Shown here: in pieces, positions 37,941 to 41,894 of the stretch | How positions within the stretch are numbered: the stretch's first letter is position 1 | How the letters are laid out: every line of letters begins with the position of its first letter | NCBI GenBank assembly: GCA_041653555.1 | Contig: JBAZFE010000001.1 | Coordinates: 1-41,894 of the forward strand | Source: Candidatus Omnitrophota bacterium | GTDB lineage: Bacteria > Omnitrophota > Gorgyraeia > Pluralincolimonadales > Pluralincolimonadaceae | DNA: 41,894 nt | Direction: 5' to 3' | The notes under the pieces: generated by a model | The model's database searches: none | Told to the model about the DNA's origin: nothing | The model's input: only the letters and a program-made list of their open reading frames with translations | Made by a program: the position numbers and the translations under genes

Positions 37941-38863
37941 ATCTCCCCTGTCTGGGCGGCTATTTGCGCCACCTTAACCGCCGCGCGCATCTTCGCGCTG
38001 CGCGCCCGCGGGTTCTGCTCGATCTCCGCTTCTTCCGGCGTAACCGGCTTCTTGCTCTTCAACTCCAATATATCCTGCTCCTTTGCTTCCTTGAATTTGT
38101 TCTTTACTATCCTGTCCTCCAGCGAGTGGTACGATATTACGCATATCACTCCGCCCGGGTTCAGGAACCCTATCGCCTGTCCTAGCGCTTTATCGAGGGC
38201 GGCCAGCTCATCGTTGACCGCGATCCTGAGGGCCTGGAAAGTCCTTGTCGCCGCATGCACCCTTCCGTGCCTCATGCTGTAAGGCATCGCGCGCACAACT
38301 ATCTCGACAAGCCTGCCGGTCGTCTCGATCCGGGCCTTCTTCCTCTCCACGGCTATCGCCGCCGCTATCCTGCGATGGAACCTCTCTTCGCCGTACTCTT
38401 CAAGGATACGGTCGAGTTCCGCCTCGCTCGCGCTGTTGACGACTTCGGCGGCATCTTTTGCCGACGAAGTATCCATGCGCATATCAAGCGGCGCATCGCT
38501 GCGGAAACTGAAACCCCGCGATGCCTCATCCAGCTGCATCGACGATACGCCGAGGTCGAACAGGAAACCGTCGGCCCCCTTTATTCCGGCGCTTTCAAAG
38601 ATCGCGTCAAGCTCGTCAAACCTTCCCTTGATCAGGTCTACCCTCTCCCCGGGCCTCCCCAATCTCTTCCCCGCTATTTCAAGCGCCTGCGCATCCCTGT
38701 CTATGCCGACCAGCCTTCCGCCCGGCAAAATCGCATCCAGTATCGCTTCGGCATGGCCTCCGAGGCCGACGGTGCAATCGACTACCGTCTTACCCGGCGC
38801 CGGCTCAAGCGCCCCGAGCACTTCTTTTAAAAGAACGGGCTTATGTATGAAATCGCCGCTGAT
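37937..38863 (-). CDS. rsmH: 16S rRNA (cytosine1402-N4)-methyltransferase RsmH/MraW; start codon uncertain
   Basis: The ORF-track ORF starts at a GTG at 38821 (MLGALEPAPGKTVVDCTVGLGGHAEAIL). The same frame stays open upstream and encodes ISGDFIHKPVLLKEV, the conserved RsmH N-terminus, with no ATG, GTG or TTG. I place the start provisionally at the ATC at 38863, 5 nt after the mraZ stop. Confidence 0.85.
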   Translation of the reverse strand: MSGDFIHKPVLLKEVLGALEPAPGKTVVDCTVGLGGHAEAILDAILPGGRLVGIDRDAQALEIAGKRLGRPGERVDLIKGRFDELDAIFESAGIKGADGFLFDLGVSSMQLDEASRGFSFRSDAPLDMRMDTSSAKDAAEVVNSASEAELDRILEEYGEERFHRRIAAAIAVERKKARIETTGRLVEIVVRAMPYSMRHGRVHAATRTFQALRIAVNDELAALDKALGQAIGFLNPGGVICVISYHSLEDRIVKNKFKEAKEQDILELKSKKPVTPEEAEIEQNPRARSAKMRAAVKVAQIAAQTGEI

Positions 38864-38867
38864 CCCT

Positions 38868-39317
38868 TCAGCCTTTCTCTTCCAGGTCCAAAAGATTTTC
38901 CGCGGTCTTCTCGAACGAGGGAGCTGCGTTGTCGTAATACCTGTTCCACTCTTCCTTCGCCCAGATCTCCATCCTGTTCGAGACGCCGACTATCATCAGG
39001 TCGCGTTTTATCCCCGCGTAATCCTTGAGGTATTGCGGGAGCAGGATCCTTCCCTGTTTGTCGCAAGCGACATCAGTTGCGCCCGAGAAAAAAAGGCGGT
39101 TGAATTTCCTGGAATCCGCCTTTGTAAAAGACATGCCCTTGAATTTCTGTTCGGTAAGCTTCCATTCCTCTTCCGTGAATACGAAGAGGCACTTATCGAG
39201 GCCGCGCGTGACGTAGAATTTTTCGACGAAATTTTCCTTGAAGACCTCGCGAAATTTGGAGGGTATGATGATCCTTCCTTTTCTGTCGATAGTATGTTCA
39301 TATTCGCCGTAAAACAT
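38868..39317 (-). CDS. mraZ: Transcriptional regulator MraZ
   Basis: 149-aa ORF starting MFYGEYEHTIDRKGRIIIPSKFREVF, with a second half-repeat (DKQGRILLPQYLKDYAGI), i.e. the duplicated MraZ/SpoVT-AbrB-like fold. It is the first gene of the dcw cluster. Confidence 0.94.
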   Translation of the reverse strand: MFYGEYEHTIDRKGRIIIPSKFREVFKENFVEKFYVTRGLDKCLFVFTEEEWKLTEQKFKGMSFTKADSRKFNRLFFSGATDVACDKQGRILLPQYLKDYAGIKRDLMIVGVSNRMEIWAKEEWNRYYDNAAPSFEKTAENLLDLEEKG

Positions 39318-39353
39318 CTATCATCCCCCCGATGGCGCAGATGAAAAACTATA

Positions 39354-39458
39354 AGGTTGTGGGCCCTGAAATTTAACAAGGACCGGCTGGACCCTTTTGC
39401 TTTGCCTTTCCCTCTTGCGAGGGCTCCCCGACAAAGGCTAATTTAGGACCCACAACCT
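39354..39458 (-). promoter_or_regulatory. About 105-nt structured 5' leader of mraZ (three-way-junction-like fold), class unknown
   Basis: Minus-strand RNA. A 19-bp closing stem forms between AGGUUGUGGGUCCUAAAUU (39458-39440) and AAUUUCAGGGCCCACAACCU (39373-39354), with one G-U pair that would be an A-C mismatch on the plus strand. Inside are hairpin GCCUUU-[GUCGGGGAG]-CCCUC-GCAA-GAGGG-AAAGGC (GNRA loop only on the minus strand) and a second short hairpin (AAGGGUC...GGUCCUU). It lies between the MraZ boxes and the mraZ Shine-Dalgarno. Confidence 0.55.
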
Positions 39459-39464
39459 GATTCT

Positions 39465-39491
39465 CCACTTTAAACCACTTTACTCCACCTA
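39465..39491 (-). promoter_or_regulatory. Putative MraZ operator: three direct repeats on an exact 10-bp period
   Basis: The minus strand reads TAGGTGG-agt-AAAGTGG-ttt-AAAGTGG. On the plus strand these are CCACCTA at 39485-39491, CCACTTT at 39475-39481 and CCACTTT at 39465-39471. The repeats start about at the predicted transcription start site. Confidence 0.6.
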
Positions 39492-39500
39492 ACGGTACAA

Positions 39501-39529
39501 AGTATACACCCCTCCTCCACCCATGTCAA
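39501..39529 (-). promoter_or_regulatory. Sigma70-type promoter of the dcw cluster (Pmra equivalent)
   Basis: The minus strand reads TTGACA (39529-39524), a 17-nt spacer, then TATACT (39506-39501). These are the same hexamers and spacing as the promoter at 5921-5949. It lies just downstream of the terminator at 39534-39621. Confidence 0.65.
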
Positions 39530-39533
39530 GGGA

Positions 39534-39621
39534 AAAAGGAAAAAAAAGGGGCCATACACCAAGGGGACACACATATCTGCCGGTAGATCCGACAAGACGT
39601 GTCCCTTAAGTGTATGGCCCC
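39534..39621 (-). terminator. Rho-independent terminator after the PilT-like gene, with an unusually long stem
   Basis: Minus strand: GGGGCCAUACAC-UUAA-GGGACAC, a 28-nt loop (which itself contains GUCGG/CCGGC pairing), then GUGUCCC-CUUG-GUGUAUGGCCCC, followed by U7-CC-U5. It starts 10 nt after the TAA at 39631-39633. Confidence 0.8.
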
Positions 39622-39630
39622 GAAACTAAT

Positions 39631-40731
39631 TTAGCGGTTGGAAGTAAAAGGTGTGCCGCGCTCTGTGCGCTTGATGCCTTTGAGGGCTAAGTCGAGTACA
39701 GCGGCGGAGTCGCAGAATCTCTTTGACTCCTCTACTGATATCCGTCCGTCCAGGCAAAGCTTCGCGAGGCACTGGTCGAACGTCTGCATGCCGAACATGC
39801 TGCCTTCCTCGATATACTGAAGCAGCTCATTCGTCTTGCCTTCCCTGATAAGGGAAGAGATTGTGGGGGTGTTCAACATTACCTCGCATGCCGGCATCCT
39901 GCCCTTGCCTTCTTTCGCGGGGATAAGCCTCTGCGATATGACCCCCTTCAGCAGCAGCGAGAGCTGCATGCGTATCTCCTCATGCTGGTGCGGCGGGTAG
40001 AAATTAACGATCCTCTCGACGGTCTGCAGCGCGTTTATCGAATGTATCGTGCTGACGACCAGCTGGCCTGTTTCGGCCGCCGTCATAGCGGCTGACATGG
40101 TCTCCATGTCACGGATGTTGCCGATAAATATGACGTCCGGGCTCTGGTACATGACATGTTTCAGCGCCTCCAGGTACGACGGCGTATCGAGCCCGAGCTC
40201 GCGCTGTTCCACGAGCGACTTCTTGTCCTCGAACACGAACTCAATGGGGTCCTCTATCGTGACTATATGGGATGGGAGGTTCTGGTTTATATATTCTATT
40301 ATGCTCGCGATAGTCGTCGACTTGCCGCTTCCCGTCGCACCGGTCACGAGTATGAGCCCCCTCTTCTCAAGCGCAAGCTTGCTTAATACTTTCGCCGGCA
40401 GGTTCAGCCCTTCGAACGAATCGATCTTGCCCTTGATAAACCTGAATACGGCTCCGGGAAGGCCGTTCTGGTGGAAGATACTGCCGCGGAACCTGCCCAG
40501 CCCCTCGATATTAATACCGAAATCTATCTCGCGGTCCCTGTCGAAGGCCTTCTTCTGGTCGGCGTTAAGGACATCGTCTATCATCTTGGAGATGTCCTTT
40601 TCGGACAGGATATCGGAACCCTGCGGCACAAGCGAACCGTCCATGCGAAAATTAACGGGGCTCCCCGCCTTGAAGAATATGTCGGAAGCCCCGGAATCCA
40701 CCATCGATTTGAATATCGCTTTTATTTCCAT
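39631..40731 (-). CDS. PilT/PilU-family hexameric ATPase paralog with substituted Walker B glutamate and His-box histidine
   Basis: 366-aa ORF with Walker A GATGSGKST and Asp box IEDPIEF. The Walker B region reads VIFIGNIRD (compare VILIGEMRD in the PilT at 3351-4418), and the His box reads ETGQLVVSTIHS (compare ETGHLVFSTLHT). It is otherwise collinear with PilT. Confidence 0.88.
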   Translation of the reverse strand: MEIKAIFKSMVDSGASDIFFKAGSPVNFRMDGSLVPQGSDILSEKDISKMIDDVLNADQKKAFDRDREIDFGINIEGLGRFRGSIFHQNGLPGAVFRFIKGKIDSFEGLNLPAKVLSKLALEKRGLILVTGATGSGKSTTIASIIEYINQNLPSHIVTIEDPIEFVFEDKKSLVEQRELGLDTPSYLEALKHVMYQSPDVIFIGNIRDMETMSAAMTAAETGQLVVSTIHSINALQTVERIVNFYPPHQHEEIRMQLSLLLKGVISQRLIPAKEGKGRMPACEVMLNTPTISSLIREGKTNELLQYIEEGSMFGMQTFDQCLAKLCLDGRISVEESKRFCDSAAVLDLALKGIKRTERGTPFTSNR

Positions 40732-40756
40732 ATTTTGCGCCGCGGACCCCTACGGT

Positions 40757-41128
40757 TCATACAGCGTGATGTTTATGCTGCTCCACGTAATCTTTTATCT
40801 TAGAGAACAGGTTTTTCTCCACATCGAGGAACTTCACGCCTATCCTGTAATTTTTGCTCTTCGACGGTCTGCAATACCGGACCTCGCCTATGACCCTGGC
40901 CGGCTTATCAAGGTTGAACAAAGTGGCGTCGAGCTGGATCACGAGTATGGCGCCCTTCGGGAGGAATATCTGCGAGATGACGCCGAGGCCGACAACGCTC
41001 ATATCAACGATCACGGCCTTCTGGGGTTCGCGGATTATGCGGACCTTGTCCTTCATGCACGTGTCGATCTCGACCATTATGGTCGCGTCTATCCTTACCC
41101 TTATGCCGGCGCGGCATTCTATACCCAA
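40757..41128 (-). CDS. Single-domain PilZ protein (c-di-GMP receptor fold)
   Basis: 123-aa ORF with a TTG start, preceded by AAGGAG at 6-nt spacing. It has an RxxxR motif at residues 6-10 (CRAGIR) and a DxSxxG motif (DMSVVGLG). It lies 25 nt upstream of the PilT-like gene. Confidence 0.8.
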   Translation of the reverse strand: MGIECRAGIRVRIDATIMVEIDTCMKDKVRIIREPQKAVIVDMSVVGLGVISQIFLPKGAILVIQLDATLFNLDKPARVIGEVRYCRPSKSKNYRIGVKFLDVEKNLFSKIKDYVEQHKHHAV

Positions 41129-41149
41129 CTTCCACTCCTTGTAAAATTA

Positions 41150-41500
41150 CTTTGGGCAAGCCTGTAAGCCGAGTCCTGTCTACCCCATAACTTGAGGCGA
41201 GACGATCATCCATCTAGACCCGCAGTTGCCTGCGGGCTCAAGCAGCCAACCCGCGCATCCGCCCTTACGGGCTTGGAGCGGACAGCCCCAAGAGATGCGC
41301 CTATTTGGCCTTGCTCCGCGTAGAGATTGCCGCGTTTCACTTCGTCCCGGCGTTGAGGCCGTCTGGCCTCCCGCTTGGGATTGTTCGTCACTGTGGCTCT
41401 GATCCTTGCCTTACGGCAGACGGGCGTTACCCGCTACGCTGTCCTTTGGAGCTCGGACTTTCCTCCCCCATTTCTGGAAGCGATCATCCGGCCTGCCCAA
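41150..41500 (-). ncRNA. rnpB: RNase P RNA, bacterial type A
   Basis: The reverse complement contains the universally conserved blocks GGGGGAGGAAAGUCCGAGCUCC (41471-41450 region), GCGGGUAACGCCCG, GGAGCAAGGCCAAAUAGG, GCUGCUUGAGCC, CUAGAUGGAUGAUCGUC and GACAGGACUCGGCUUACAGG. P1 can form between GGGCAGGCC (41498-41490) and GGCUUGCCC (41162-41154). The ends are approximate, within about 10 nt. Confidence 0.92.
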
Positions 41501-41510
41501 ATCCTGTCTT

Positions 41511-41894
41511 CTAAAAGAGCGACTCCTGGCCAACGGCCTTATCGGCCAGCCTGTCCGCCCCTTTGTTAAGGGAACGGTCTATATGGTTTATCTCGTATTT
41601 CTTGAAGCCGGATAACAGGTGCTCAAGCTGCCCGTTCAGCACCTTCAGGTCCTTATCCTTTATCTTATATTCCTTTTTCAACTGCTTTACAAGCAATTCC
41701 GAATCCGAATTGATTATAACCTCGTCCGCCCTTAAAATCAAGGCCTCCTGAAGGCCGTATATCAGCGCCGTATATTCCGCAACATTGTTGGTCGTCTCGC
41801 CGATATATTTCGACAGGTTCTTTACGGCCTCGCCGTTCTCGTCGCATATGATGACGCCTATACCCGAAGGCCCCGGATTCCCGCGACGAGAACG
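41511..41894 (-). CDS. RNase H-like protein (RNase HI / RVT_3-type fold); N-terminus runs off the right window edge
   Basis: The ORF-track 76-aa ORF (41511-41741) continues in frame to the window edge. My translation gives RSRRGNPGPSGIGVIICDENGEAVKNLSKYIGETTNNVAEYTALIYGLQEALILRADEVIINSDSELLVKQL...INHIDRSLNKGADRLADKA. The GNPGPSG, NNVAEY, DSELL and NKGAD positions match the RNase H DEDD scaffold. Confidence 0.8.
   Translation of the reverse strand, partial: RSRRGNPGPSGIGVIICDENGEAVKNLSKYIGETTNNVAEYTALIYGLQEALILRADEVIINSDSELLVKQLKKEYKIKDKDLKVLNGQLEHLLSGFKKYEINHIDRSLNKGADRLADKAVGQESLF

Noticed and set aside
39354-39458. Assigning the mraZ leader to the c-di-GMP-I (GEMM-I) riboswitch class, tempting because of the PilZ/GGDEF/MshEN genes nearby.
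   Set aside because: Only loose resemblance exists: a GNRA-capped 5' hairpin and a GGCAAAGC junction reminiscent of the ACGCAAAGC core. The GGCAAACC element, the long tetraloop-receptor hairpin and the GGUAGC...UACC segments that I remember from GEMM-I are not present. Without a covariance-model score I cannot support the call. It is kept as an unknown structured leader.
39354-39458. Interpreting the 19-bp inverted repeats as the ends of a MITE-type mobile element.
   Set aside because: There is no obvious target-site duplication at the flanks and no second copy in this 42-kb window. The mismatches are strand-asymmetric (G-U on the transcribed strand), which favours RNA structure. This cannot be fully excluded without the whole genome.
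40049-41167. Long plus-strand ORFs: this 372-aa example, and also 38436-39344, 19586-20539, 1625-2677, 30444-31295, 30776-31699, 11861-12724 and many others.
   Set aside because: Each lies antisense to a minus-strand gene with clear family motifs. Their translations are low-complexity (Ser/Pro/Arg/Leu-rich) with no recognisable domains and no Shine-Dalgarno. These are typical shadow ORFs produced by codon bias on the opposite strand.
41206-41391. A 61-aa minus-strand ORF, plus plus-strand ORFs at 41305-41615.
   Set aside because: They fall inside the RNase P RNA gene, whose conserved P4 and other blocks are unambiguous. The ORFs are chance reading frames in GC-rich structured RNA.

Overview
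This 41.9-kb bacterial chromosomal window has essentially all real genes on the minus strand: about 45 CDS and one RNase P RNA. The long plus-strand ORFs are antisense shadows.

In transcription order, from high to low coordinates:
- A 5'-truncated RNase H-like gene, then rnpB (RNase P RNA).
- A single-domain PilZ protein and a divergent PilT-like ATPase, closed by a strong intrinsic terminator.
- A sigma70-type promoter, three 10-bp-phased MraZ-box repeats and a ~105-nt structured leader.
- A complete dcw cluster (mraZ-rsmH-ftsL-ftsI-murE-murF-mraY-murD-ftsW-murG-murC-murB-ddl-ftsQ-ftsA) that has no ftsZ.
- Directly after it, yggS-proC-yggT-PNP-ileS-dksA-like-lspA-lgt-rluD and a small membrane protein, then a terminator.
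- A promoter, a membrane-anchored coiled-coil protein and aroA.
- mreB-mreC-mreD-mrdA-rodA and a radical SAM gene.
- A promoter plus palindrome, then a type IV pilus motor operon: HAMP-GAF-degenerate GGDEF, pilT, a stand-alone MshEN/T2SSE_N domain protein, pilB, and a second pilB cut by the window edge.

I saw no tRNA, rRNA, CRISPR array, transposase, integrase or recognisable defence gene. Most of the window is conserved cell-envelope housekeeping.

The parts worth a second look are:
- The two c-di-GMP-flavoured pilus-ATPase modules that bracket the morphogenesis genes: the detached MshEN domain, the degenerate GGDEF, and PilZ paired with a PilT paralog lacking the Walker B glutamate.
- The structured mraZ leader with its MraZ operator.
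- The ftsZ-less junction between ftsA and yggS.
- The radical SAM gene translationally coupled to rodA.

All calls come from reading the sequence and ORF translations by eye. No database search was run.
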